Below, piece by piece: positions 51,656-64,000 of a DNA stretch of 64,000 nt. How positions within the stretch are numbered: the stretch's first letter is position 1; each line of letters opens with the position of its first letter. A program made the position numbers and the translations under genes. Under the pieces are notes generated by a model. The model had not been told where the DNA came from, searched no databases, and saw only the letters and a list, made by a program, of their open reading frames with translations. Origin of the DNA: Carcharhinus longimanus. Taxonomy: Eukaryota. Where the stretch lies: the NCBI GenBank assembly GCA_030264375.1, contig JASCQW010000132.1, forward strand, positions 85,711,226-85,775,225, read 5' to 3'.

Positions 51656-51825
51656 GGGGAGGTAGTGGTGTAGTAGAATTCCACTGGACTAGTAATCCAG
51701 AGACCCAGGGTGATGCTCTGGGGACCTGGATTTAAATCCCACCATGGTAGATTGTGAAGTTTGAGATTCACTAAATAAAATCTAAAATTTAAAAGATTTA
51801 TGATGACCATGAAACCATTGTCCAT
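51656..51825 (+). mobile_element. Second SINE family, 5' part
   Basis: ggggaggtagtggtgtagtag...cactggactagtaatccagagacccaggg...gatttaaatcccaccatgg. Confidence 0.75.
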
Positions 51826-52465
51826 TGAGAAATTGTGAATTACTCAAGATTGCAGTTCTACCCACTCCTTTACCCAAGGAAAGTTTGGTCCTGAAGCTCT
51901 TTTTGAGCAAGAAACGGAGGCCCTACAGAAAAATAGAAAAGGTTTTTAAAAAATGAGTGGGGAGGGTACCCCCTACATTGAGCCAACGTAGACCAGTACC
52001 CATCCCCTGAGCAAGAGTTCTTTCCCCACCTGAACTCACACATTGCCCCTCACATGTTATCCCCTATCTTAATTTTCCCTTTTACTTAAACCCTTGCCCG
52101 AACTATAATTCCACACCTTCCCCACAAACTCAACCAGGTCCATGCCTCAATTCTTCTACCCTTGCTGATTTGAATTCTCCTTCATTCAGCATTGCTGTCC
52201 CCTCATTTTCCCTTTTCTATTGCTTCTGCTGTCCCATTTTGCTTTCCTTATTCTCCACCTTTTTAACCCTGCTTGACTTTTACCTGTGTTAACCCTGCTT
52301 GACTTTATCTTTTTTGGGTATCAGTGAGAAAGTACAAAGGAACGCTGGGAGTGTTTGGGAAAGTTTAGAGTGAAACTACTGCAAAATATAATCAGAAATC
52401 AGTCTGTAACAATTGTCTTTTTTTTTTAAATCCTCAGTCAGATTTTCTCCAAATAAAAAATGCTT

Positions 52466-53000
52466 CATAAGAACATAAAAACTAGGAGCAGGAGTAGGCC
52501 ATCTGGCCCCTCGAGCCTGCTCCGCCATTCGGTAAGATCATGGCTGATCTTTTTGTGGACTCAGCTCCAATTATCCACCCGCTCACCATAACCCTTAATT
52601 CCTTTACTTTTCAAAAATTTATATATCCTTGCCTTAGGAACATTCAATGAGGTAGCCTCAACTGCTTCACTGGGCAGGGAATTCTATAGACTCAGTACCC
52701 TTTGTGTGAAGAAAAAACCTCCTTGAATCAGTCCTAAATCTGCTTCCCCTTATTTTGAGGCTATGCCCCCTAGTTCCAGTTTCACCTGCCAGTGGAAACA
52801 ACTTCCTTGCTTCTTATCTTCACTATCTTATGTTTCTATAAGATCTCCCCTCATTCTTCTGAATTCCAATGAGTATAGCCCCAGTCTACTCAGTCTTCCT
52901 CCATAAGCCAACTCTCTCAACTCCGGAATTAACCTAGTGAATCTTCTCTGCACCCCCTCCAGTGCTAGTATATCCTTTTCTCAAGTAAGGAGACCAAAAC
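52466..53000 (-). mobile_element. CR1 LINE 3' end (relatively young)
   Basis: cataagaacataaaaactaggagcaggagtaggccatctggcccctcgagcctgctccgccattc... Confidence 0.9.
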
Positions 53001-54023
53001 ACCTGCCTGTTGTTGACATCTTCTGTTACAGTTGCAAGCCATCATTAATGCAGTTTTAAATAGATATTTCAGCTTCTCAGGAATATACAGAGCAAAAAAT
53101 TGAAACGTCAGGAATGCAGGTTAAAATGGAAATTATTTTCATGCTTCTCTTGTATACTTTGGTCAAATGTAAGCACTAAGGTTCCAAAACAAACTTTTGC
53201 ATTCTGGAGGAAAAAAATCTATGCTGAGTTCTTCTTTAAAAAAGGAATTGATAATTGTCAAAGCCAGACATTAAGTAATGAGGTCAAAGTCTTGCATGTG
53301 AATGTGCAGCCAAGTTGCTGTCTGCTCTTCAAGGGAAAACATGGAGGTCATTGATTAATAAAAAGTTGTGAATACTGAAAATCTGAATTACAGCTACTTA
53401 CCTGGCCAGTCAGCATCTGCTAACAGGAGGGAATTATCTATTAATTGTATTTTGTACTATGTCATCTAGTTCTGTAATCACATAAACTAAACAACCTACA
53501 TTGTCTGCATTGATGAATCAGAACGTGACTGGGATCACAGAATCAAAAAAAACATCAAGCAGTCATGATAACACTGGTGCTGGAGAATCAAAGCAAAGTC
53601 TTGACATGATGGCAAGTATCATTAGAACATAGACCTAAAATTGTTCAAAATCTGCTTTGACGGTGGATCCCTATTCCAAAATGGGTGGCAGGGTCTTAAA
53701 GCACAGAAGGAAACACTATGTATATACCTATATCTATCTAAAGTTGTTTGAATAATGAAAATGAGCCAACAAATTGAAACCAGAGAACATGCACTATTAT
53801 TTTATTTTGTTGTTTGTTGTACAGGTAATTACAATTATAAATCTATTTTTGCCCTCGGAGGAGCTCTATTATTAGAATCATATAGGTTTAAGGTTTAAAA
53901 TTGAATGACTAGCCCAAGGAGGTCAAAATTTTATAATATTTTCTTCAACAATAGGATGTTGAATTCTTGATATCTTTTTCACAATTTAATCAGAAGAATA
54001 TTTATCCCAGTATACCCTTGCCC

Positions 54024-54356
54024 TGTTCATGAGATCACAATGGATTAAGACAACCATCCAGGCCATTTTTTTTTTTATGTCCAGCTTTTCACTTTTTTTA
54101 ATGGAAGTCATTGATTATTTAATGTTGTTTTCTCGAATCACTAGCCAAACAATTTTGTAAACTGCAGAGGTCAGACTACTTCTACATTTTCCAGAAATGT
54201 TTAGCTGTTGATTTTATGAATAAAGCCCCTGTATGAAAACCTGGGATAACTTAAAAATTGGATGCTGGCTGCAGAGAGAGATTTCAGGATTTTTACTGGC
54301 AGCATAAATTAAAATGGCCTGGATGGTTGTCTTAATCCATTGTGATCTCATGAACA
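54024..54356. repeat. Perfect 46-bp inverted repeat (54024-54069 / 54311-54356), 241-bp spacer
   Basis: tgttcatgagatcacaatggattaagacaaccatccaggccatttt and its exact reverse complement. Confidence 0.92.
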
Positions 54357-55403
54357 NNNNNNNNNNNNNNNNNNNNNNNNNNNNNNNNNNNNNNNNNNNN
54401 NNNNNNNNNNNNNNNNNNNNNNNNNNNNNNNNNNNNNNNNNNNNNNNNNNNNNNNNNNNNNNNNNNNNNNNNNNNNNNNNNNNNNNNNNNNNNNNNNNNN
54501 NNNNNNNNNNNNNNNNNNNNNNNNNNNNNNNNNNNNNNNNNNNNNNNNNNNNNNNNNNNNNNNNNNNNNNNNNNNNNNNNNNNNNNNNNNNNNNNNNNNN
54601 NNNNNNNNNNNNNNNNNNNNNNNNNNNNNNNNNNNNNNNNNNNNNNNNNNNNNNNNNNNNNNNNNNNNNNNNNNNNNNNNNNNNNNNNNNNNNNNNNNNN
54701 NNNNNNNNNNNNNNNNNNNNNNNNNNNNNNNNNNNNNNNNNNNNNNNNNNNNNNNNNNNNNNNNNNNNNNNNNNNNNNNNNNNNNNNNNNNNNNNNNNNN
54801 NNNNNNNNNNNNNNNNNNNNNNNNNNNNNNNNNNNNNNNNNNNNNNNNNNNNNNNNNNNNNNNNNNNNNNNNNNNNNNNNNNNNNNNNNNNNNNNNNNNN
54901 NNNNNNNNNNNNNNNNNAATAGATCATTCCCGCCACACTAGTGGCTACATCGCATTGATTTTTTTAAAAAGAGTTGCATAAATATCTGGTTAAGAACATC
55001 ATTGAAAATTAATGGGACAAATATAAACTTAGATGATCAACTTTTTTTGTCAGTGATGTTGCCCTTGTGGAAATATCAAAGTGTAATATGTAGATTTTGT
55101 CATTAATATTCTAAAATTCTAATGGATTGTTATGAGGGGTAGAAACTTTGGATCTTCATATTTTAGAAAGGTCACTTGTCTACAGCTTGTAGCTTAAATA
55201 AATCCTGTCTGTCTTCCTCTCTAACTGGTTCTGTCTGCATCCCACTCCTGCCCCACCAAAACCCCTCCCCACCCTGTTCCTGTCTGTCTGCCACATGGTG
55301 TTCTAAAACTTACAAGCTTCTTTCCCCTAGGTAGTCTTATTGAATGCTCTAGCCATAAGGAATAAAGTGGCTCCTGTTTCTGCAAAACAGAAATAACCAA
55401 TGA

Positions 55404-55670
<267 letters not shown>

Positions 55671-56319
55671 TGAGTGTGTTTATAATGCAACCATATGACT
55701 AACTTATTTATAACTTATTGCCATAATAGTTCAACATTAGTCTGTGCTTGTTTCTGAAAGCTGTGTTATAACAGTCACTTCGGAGTATTTGAGATGTGAT
55801 TCATAAGTGTTGAGGTTTTACTAGTGCCAGTTTGGGATAGAGTTTTACACTGCTCACACTGGGTGATACAGATGGGCTCTAAGTATATATAAAATACAGC
55901 AGCAATGATGCTGCTTACATCAGTTTCTCTTACCAAGAAAGGATTCTGCTCCACCCAAGGAGCCTAGGAGAAGGGTAAAAGTTCAATTTAGTGTGCTATT
56001 GTTGTGGTAGTAATATTCCAGGGTTTCTCAGTGCTTTGCTTCAAAGTGCTTTGTAAACCATTAGAAATGGGTGTAGTGTTCACCATTGATATTCGAGAGC
56101 TATGTCGAGGGCTAACTTTTCTTCCTCACATGCATGATTCCTCTACGTTTATAGCACTTCTAAGTCTGAACGCCAATCTGCCTTTTTAAAAAAAACTTAG
56201 ATTAAAGTCAACTTTTATTTGTAGAAAAAATGGAAATGTTTTTGGTCAAGACTTTTTTATTGTAATAAGCACATTGCATGCTGTGAAAAGAATGACCAGA
56301 ACTAAAATTAAAATCAGAG

Positions 56320-56980
56320 CCATGATGGCAGAGAGGAGGCCATTCAGCCCATGTCATTGCAGCTCCTGGTACAAAATCCACTTAGTCCCATTTTCCATAA
56401 CACTACCCCCATAGCCCTGCAAGCTTATTTTTGTCATGTCCATCCAGTTTCCTTTTGAAAATTGTTGATAGTCTGCTCTTCCTCCACCTTCATGGGCAGT
56501 GAATTCTAGGTTATTATCAAACTGTATCCCATAGTCTTGGTAAATCTCAAGGACCCTTTGCATGCTTCCTAAAGTGTGGTGACTAGAACAGGATGCAATA
56601 CTCTAGCAGTGGCCTAAGCAGAGCTTTATAAAGATTCAACCTAAATTCTCTGCTTTTGTACTTTTTTTTTAAATGAAGCTCAGAATCTGATATGCCTTTC
56701 TAATTACTCTCTATATATTCTGCTGACTTCAGAGATCTATGCTCCCAAACGTGCAGGTCCCTGCACACTTTTTAGAATTAAGTCTACATTTTCTCCCCTA
56801 TTTCTTCTGCCAAAATGCATCATGTCACTTAGACATGTATTGAATTCCACCTGCTGTCTGCCCATTCTGCTAGCTTATTAGGTGCTGTTACAAGTTAATT
56901 GGCACTATCCTAAACTTTGCCATGTTTGCTTGCATAGGCAATTTTGGAATTTTACTCTGCACTCCAAAATCCAAGTATCA
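56320..56980 (-). mobile_element. Old CR1 3' fragment
   Basis: gaggaggccattcagcccat tail; caatactctagcagtggcct (RPLLEY on the minus strand). Confidence 0.7.
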
Positions 56981-59706
56981 TTAATTTGGGATGGGAAAAA
57001 TTCTTTTACAACTCACCAGTTAACATTTGTTTAGCCTCATTTCCGGTCCAAGTCTAGTTGTACTGTTTCATTTATAAACACACATACCCGTAATCCTTTG
57101 TCTAAACTCCTATACTTACAAATACCTGAAAAGGTAACTCATCATAGAATGAAGTTTCCAATGTTCAGTAATTATTTTGCTTTTTCTTTGTTGCTTCCCC
57201 TCCTGTCGTGAAGGGTACACCGAGGTATGATTCAGCATATAGTGAGCATTTGCCTCCTACCACAACCATGTAGAGAGTCTTAAGTAGTGATGCCTAGAAA
57301 TTATTAGATTGTAGGAGGACATCATGGCCGAGCCTGATACATTTGTCTCTCTCACTCCTTTCAAGTTGGAGAATTGGAAATTCTGGTTAGTTTTTGTTTT
57401 AATGTCACCAACCGCCCCCACCCCCCACCCCCCATGACATTATTCTACCCGCCATAGTCATCCCAGATATTAGTTGTTTTTTCACTCCCATTTAATGGGA
57501 TTGCATTTGGATAATGAGAGGGTGTAATGTAATTGAAAAATATCTTGGACTCTACTTTGGTAGCTGATATTGCATTGCCACTTCTAATCAGTGTAAATGT
57601 TGACACATGAAACTATATTGATTGGATACGGTGCTGTGTTTTGATTACATTTGTTTTTTTTTTGCTGTATCTGACTGACCTATGGACATATTTTCTAAAT
57701 GGTTCTGAATTGCTGCCATGAAGGATTGTACTGAAACCTGTATGAGGGTAATAACAAGAAAATGACTGACATTTACTTTGCACTTTGGAAAAAAAATAAA
57801 AACTGAAATGCCTTTTGAATGCAAATTGGATTTATGTTGTGTGAAGAAGATTTCGATCTCAAAGTGAAAAACTGCAGCTAATAAAACGACAGAGATACTG
57901 GTAAATGAAGTGCCATTTTAATGTTTCTGACACCTGCTTGTATCATTGGTAGTAACTTACAATTGGTTTAAGTTGACCTGCCTTGCAACTCTGTTGCTGA
58001 GCAGCTGGAGGTTGTTCACCATGGTTTGATTTGGCTGAAAGCTGTAGTTGGATTCTGAGGTGAATGGACACTGTGGGGAGGTCTTGGTGTGCAGTGGTAG
58101 CACACTACTGCTGAACCAGAAGCTCTAGGTTCAAGTCCAATGCTATGACCTGTTGGCCAGGAAGTACTGTTCACAATGCACTTCAATGACTTATTATCAG
58201 CTTAGAAATTCTTTCACCACTTCCCCCACAGATGAACTTAAAAATGGACATTATCGGCAGGCAGTTAATAGTTTCATTGCTCTCTGGAAGTTGTGAAAAC
58301 TTGATGCAGATGAGAATAAGATGTTGGGCTATAAAATTATATTCACCTTTGAGAAAGAATAACCAATGAAATTCATATTTTAAATCAAGAGGCAACTTCA
58401 TTTTCCTATGTTTGCAAATGTTATCAGACATTTGAAGGACATCAGTCACACCTAATTTCTGACTAAAATAAAAGTGTAGGACTGTAAGTGACTAGATACT
58501 GTTCAATATAAAAGTAACAAACACAAAACAACGTGGTTACAATTTTGTGTTCTGAGGTTCATTTGTGCTTTCCCCTGCGCCCCCCCTCCCCAAACACCCT
58601 CACCACTAAAATCAAATAGGGTGATTCTAATGATTGAAACCTGGTTATGATGCTTAAAATGGTTTAAAGTTTATCACTGCAATTTGGCCCTTTTTTTGAA
58701 GTTACTCTGATTTGAACATGCTCTGAAGATTATGGATACAGAATTTTTTTTGAAGTACAGTAGGATCAGAATAATTGAAATAGCCTAGCATCAATTTGAA
58801 ACTAAATTTAAGCACTGCTCTTGAGGGAACAGGATATGATAATGTCAGTCTCAGTAACCGAGATGCTCATAATGCTGCCTAAGACTAAATGTTTCCCAAG
58901 TGCTATTTTAATAAGGCTGTATTACATCTTGGTGCAGCATTGTTGACCACGTTTGTGTAAATTGCCTGCAGTATTTCATGATTTTGGGAGTTACAAAATT
59001 GAGGTTCATTTGAGATGCTGAAAATCAAACTTGGACTTTCCAAAATGTCTGACCAACTTAAAGATTTATTTACATTGTTCCATTATCCATCTTGTACTGT
59101 TAGTATTTGGCTTCTGGAATCAACAAATAACGGGGAGGGGTGCCAAAGTCTCATTAAACCACTTGGATGAATTATAAACTGTCAATCATAGCAAATGCAT
59201 GTTATTGGAAATAAAGAGAAAGGCTTCATGGCTATTGTGATCATGAAATGGAAGTAATACTGACATCCCAAAAACAAACTAGAGTGACATTGCGATTTAC
59301 AGGGTTTAGGAGTGCTGCTCTATTTTTAATGGGTTGTTATACATAATTGCACACTTTGTAGTGTGATTTACTATGTCAGTTCACAGGCTGTCAGAGTAGC
59401 TGAATGCATAATCAAATCATGAATGATCATTAGCTGCATTTTATAGGGTTGGTTTAGATCTGTGATCATTGCACATTTCAGTGGGAAATATTGATATGTC
59501 CACTAACTAGAGTTCACACAAATGAGGGTATTATCATGAGTGAATTCCTGTCTGTCAATTCAATTATTTATAAGCTAAGGCACATAAAACTACTGTTTTA
59601 CTGTTCTTTGTTTGGGTATGCTTCTAGACTATATTATTAGGAGTATATTAAATGGATCAGGCTTTCTCATTTCTCGACTAGCAAGTTAATTTTTAATTAA
59701 AATTGA

Positions 59707-59857
<151 letters not shown>

Positions 59858-60235
59858 NNNNNNNNNNNNNNNNNNNNNNNNNNNNNNNNNNNNNNNNNNN
59901 NNNNNNNNNNNNNNNNNNNNNNNNNNNNNNNNNNNNNNNNNNNNNNNNNNNNNNNNNNNNNNNNNNNNNNNNNNNNNNNNNNNNNNNNNNNNNNNNNNNN
60001 NNNNNNNNNNNNNNNNNNNNNNNNNNNNNNNNNNNNNNNNNNNNNNNNNNNNNNNNNNNNNNNNNNNNNNNNNNNNNNNNNNNNNNNNNNNNNNNNNNNN
60101 NNNNNNNNNNNNNNNNNNNNNNNNNNNNNNNNNNNNNNNNNNNNNNNNNNNNNNNNNNNNNNNNNNNNNNNNNNNNNNNNNNNNNNNNNNNNNNNNNNNN
60201 NNNNNNNNNNNNNNNNNNNNNNNNNNNNNNNNNNN

Positions 60236-60237
<2 letters not shown>

Positions 60238-60266
<29 letters not shown>

Positions 60267-60276
60267 CCCCCCCCCC
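60238..60276. repeat. (CT)n microsatellite plus C-run
   Basis: Directly visible next to the gap. Confidence 0.9.
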
Positions 60277-61210
60277 ACTCCCCTTAACTTTATTCTGTGC
60301 AACCTTCTGTCCGCTCGCTCCAGCGAACGATGATAGCTGCTGAGAAGGGAAGTGTGCTCCAGTGTTGTGTGTGTGTGCGCCTGTGAAGGGGAGGGTGCTG
60401 TTTTGCAGGTTCATAACTGATTTCCTGTACAATTGCCTAAAAAAAAAGGTAAGGGTAGAAAAAGATAATTGGAAAGTCCTGGATTATTCAAGGCACAGTA
60501 TTGCCAGATGTCTGAGAAACAGATCTCTTCTGAGTCTGTGTGTTGGAGTTTGTACTAGAAGGAGACTTTGGAAAGGAAAGTAAAATAATCAAAAACATAT
60601 AGCAACAAAATAAGGATTGAGTTCTTCTAAATATCTCGTTAGTGTTTATAAAAGATACTTTATCACATTGACATATATGATGATGTTAGGATTTGTAGCT
60701 TGTTTAAAGTGTTGACAATTTTTATTAAGTGAGTCTTAAACAAGTATTAAAAACTCTAGCTATCAATTATACTTGTAGAATATTATGCCATTTGTTTAAT
60801 CTACATAATCACATTTAGCTGCTGTAAATTTGCCATCTAAGNNNNNNNNNNNNNNNNNNNNNNNNNNNNNNNNNNNNNNNNNNNNNNNNAGTATCAGTTG
60901 AGATTTCTGCTCTGGGTTACTATGCAGTATTATCTGTGAATGTGTAACGCTATGGTCATTAAATGAGGACACAATAGAACTTTATGATTGGTCACACAGT
61001 TAAATAGGCAATCAGCAATCAAATGTGAGGCCAGTAAATGAAGTATGATCACATTCATTGCCATGTGGATTTGCTCAGCTGCAAGCTACTACTTCAAGAC
61101 TGTGATTGTGGCAAGACAAATGGGAACTAGAGAAAAAGAAACTGGAATGGTTATAACTTGTATCTTATCCAACAGTAAATTGGTAATCAATATTTTCTGT
61201 TTCAATGCAG

Positions 61211-61308
61211 CGGACCCTCTGGTTGGGAGCATAGCCACGCAGTATATGACTAACAGGGCTGAACATGACAAAATAGCAAGACAGTGGACCAAGAAATACG
61301 CCACATAA
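61211..61308 (+). CDS. UBE2E: UBE2E last coding exon to TAA
   Basis: Acceptor ttttctgtttcaatgcag|CG. Translates (A)[31 protein letters not shown], the UBE2E C-terminus. Phase fits a 148-nt preceding exon. Confidence 0.96.
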
Positions 61309-62500
61309 ACTGGATGGTTACCAGTCCTACCGACATTTGTCTCCGATGGAAATGAGCTGCTTCTCGTTGAATTGAAAGGGGAATGGGTTGGGGTGGAGGG
61401 GATGGGAGGGGAATAGGACAAGCATTCCTATAACAGGTTTTAAATGCAACAGTCTTTTATTTGCATAAGTCTAGTCAGAACTCTTGATGAGCTTTGTTAT
61501 TGTAGCTTAAACAATAAACTATTGATATCTGACAGTAGATAGGAAATTCACGTGGAAAAGGTTGAAGAATATGACGTGATGGGTCACACACGATCCAGAT
61601 TTGTTACTGAAATATTAAGTGATACCTCTTTGCTGGTTTAAGTTTTAGTTGTCTGTGTTCACTGTGTATGGTCAAAGTTTGAAAATGCTTGTAATGTCAG
61701 CCAACTTGCAAGGGTTGAAACTGTTGAAAAATGTAAGGGAAAAACATGCTAGAGACTTGCAGCATTTTTTAAAACCTGAGTAGAATGATGACCAGATACA
61801 ACGGAATTGTCTTTATTCAGGGAATAAGGAACGAATTGGCAGAATATTTGTAATTACAGGGAACAGGTTTTATTTTGCAGGGAGTGTGGGAGTGAAACCC
61901 AAAATTCTTTTAAGTGACTGTTTTGCCTTATTTGAATTTAAAGTCTCAATTCAGTGTATTTTGTGGGTTATGTAATAGGGCAGTTTTTTTTACTTTAATA
62001 TTATACAGCATTAGGTCCTGCTTAAAATTTACAAAATGATCAAACATGTAACCTTTAAAACAAATTGAGGGCTTTAAGCCCCTGATGGTTTCAAATTTTA
62101 CCATTACCTGTTTCAAAACACAGTTGTATCAGTGGTCATGCTTTAGTCAGATGAGAGTATTGTATTAAAATATCTATGGCTGCTTTTTTTGATGCAGAGA
62201 ATTCTCAGACTGCATCTTAATTTTGATGTTTTGTTAAGACTTTAGACAATATTAGGACTTATGGATGAGCTGTTCAAAATACTTTTTAAGTTCCATCAGT
62301 TATTGTTAAGACATCATTGGCCCCTTTTCATATTACAAATTCAAAGAATGTTGATCTCTACCAAAGTTGTACAGCCACTGGTCTGTAACCACTGTAATTA
62401 CTACCGTTTTCTTTGGAAAATTGATCTTAGAATGTCAGTTTGTCGGATACCACATATTGTAATTAAAAACACTGATCATGAATCTTTATTTAATGAGCAA
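61309..62500 (+). other. Probable UBE2E 3'UTR (end uncertain)
   Basis: Repeat-free, U-rich sequence after the stop. Candidate poly(A) signals: AATAAA 61513-61518; ATTAAA 62462-62467 (upstream TGTA motifs, downstream U/GU-rich tract); AATAAA 63327-63332. Confidence 0.6.
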
Positions 62501-64000
62501 TAGTTGAAAAATCACAATAGATTTTATTTAGTTTTGGTTTGTCCATGAATGAAACCTGTTTGTGGCAATGGATGGGGATGTTCAGTTTTTGTACAAAGCA
62601 GTGTGGAGTTCCTGCTGTCACTAGATGTTTTCGTATGACTGCGTGCATTAAGTTGACAAAGACCTAATCAAAACAGTAAATGATTGAGCTTCTGCGACTT
62701 TTAGTTGTACAAGTAAAGGATTGGTATGTTTCCTGTATTGATTCAAAATAACTTTTCACACATGTATATTGATGTGCATATCCCAAAGCTGACTAAGAGT
62801 TTATGGAATCAGATTTGGAAATGAGCATTGAGGTGTAGTGCACCTAGATGTAAATATGAAGAAGGCAGCTAACTGACCAACAAATCGATGTCCTCACCCC
62901 AGTTCGCTCCCTGGCTTTAGAATTGCTGCTCCAACAACCTAGCAATATATAAATGCAACAATTGGTATAACATTATGCCATTACAAATCAGAAGATGACG
63001 AGCTCAATACAAATTGATGCTAAGATGACTGATGTCAGTGGGCAAGTGACAGGAGACCATGATATCTCATGAGGCAGGCAAGAGGAAAATTAGCCAGAGT
63101 TTGGCACCTGCTTGCTATCTTGTAATCCCTGCTAGAAAATGCATGTCTGCGGACATTGGGTATGATCAAAATTGGATTCAGCTGTGGTACTTTTTACATT
63201 TATATCAGGTATTACTGTCTGCTGACATAGTTGGAAGCATGCCCAGCAATCAAAGTTAATATTTTTTGGCGATTCATTTACAAGTTCAAGCTTCCAACCA
63301 TCGCTTTACCCTTCCATAGAAAGAGAAATAAACACATGTAAGCATGAGATGCATGCTGCTTATATTTATAGTAATGTAAATAAGCTATATTCGGACAGTA
63401 AGATTTGACCTGTCAAGTTATAGACAGTTACCGATGGGTCATGTTTATAATTAAGAAAGTTTAAAGTCATGCTTAGACGCGAGTCTTTTAGCAGCTTAAT
63501 ATTTTAAATGCATATTATGCAATTAATGTTTTTTCATTGAATTGGAAAAATCAACACAAGTATGTTTATCTCCTGCACACTGAGACTCAATCTAAGCTTA
63601 CTTGCCCAGCTGTGCAATTTTTTATGTACATAAATTATATTAATATCTCAGGAAGCCAAAACCAGACTTGCTGGAGCTGCCCTGTTGCACCTCTTGAATA
63701 CTTTCATTGACTATACCAGCTGAAGATCACCCAGGTTCTGAAATGATTCTCAAGTGATTCCCTCAGAGTTGTTGTCTGCCTGGAGCTATTTGGAATCTCT
63801 CTCAGAATGAAACCAGAGGAAACCAAGCAGAAAATGAAAGTCCAACCTCAAGCATAGAGTGGAAATAATTAGAATCTCTGGTTGCAGGAAATATATGTTT
63901 TATAGTAGCTAAAAACTTTTTTAAAAGAAATGGCATATGGAACATGGATGCTCTTATTTACAGATAGTTGTTCCCTTTCAGACCATGTTTCCTATTCAGT

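Noticed and set aside
58074-58145. tRNA-like sequence (ggtgtgcagtggtagc...ggttcaagtcc)
   Set aside because: No convincing cloverleaf or acceptor stem; best read as a decayed SINE head. The same applies to all HE1 heads.
60326-60420. Possible intronic C/D box snoRNA (atgatag...ctga)
   Set aside because: The C box does not match RUGAUGA and there is no terminal stem; splice signals explain the region better

Overview
Eukaryotic, AT-rich, repeat-rich vertebrate genomic DNA with nine N-gaps. The HE1/V-SINE, SacSINE1-like, CR1, L2, Rex1-like and Penelope repeats point to an elasmobranch (shark). The only host gene recognised is the 3' part of a class III ubiquitin-conjugating enzyme of the UBE2E family on the + strand. 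It has three coding exons: 55502-55634, 59710-~59857 (3' end hidden in a gap) and 61211-61308, followed by a repeat-free 3' region. No earlier UBE2E exon was seen, so 1-55501 is probably one long intron unless an exon lies in a gap. Best leads: (1) a candidate stop-containing (poison) cassette exon in the last intron; (2) a 113-bp templated insertion into a small palindrome, copied from 3.1 kb upstream; (3) a ~190-nt Penelope fold-back carrying a minimal hammerhead motif; (4) a perfect 46-bp inverted repeat upstream of the first visible exon; (5) a UBE2E protein with mixed paralog-diagnostic residues; (6) a 3'UTR G-quadruplex; (7) a ~120-bp MITE family and SINE/LINE module sharing. No prokaryotic-type system is present. 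Repeat family names were assigned by eye from recalled consensus motifs, and their boundaries are approximate.
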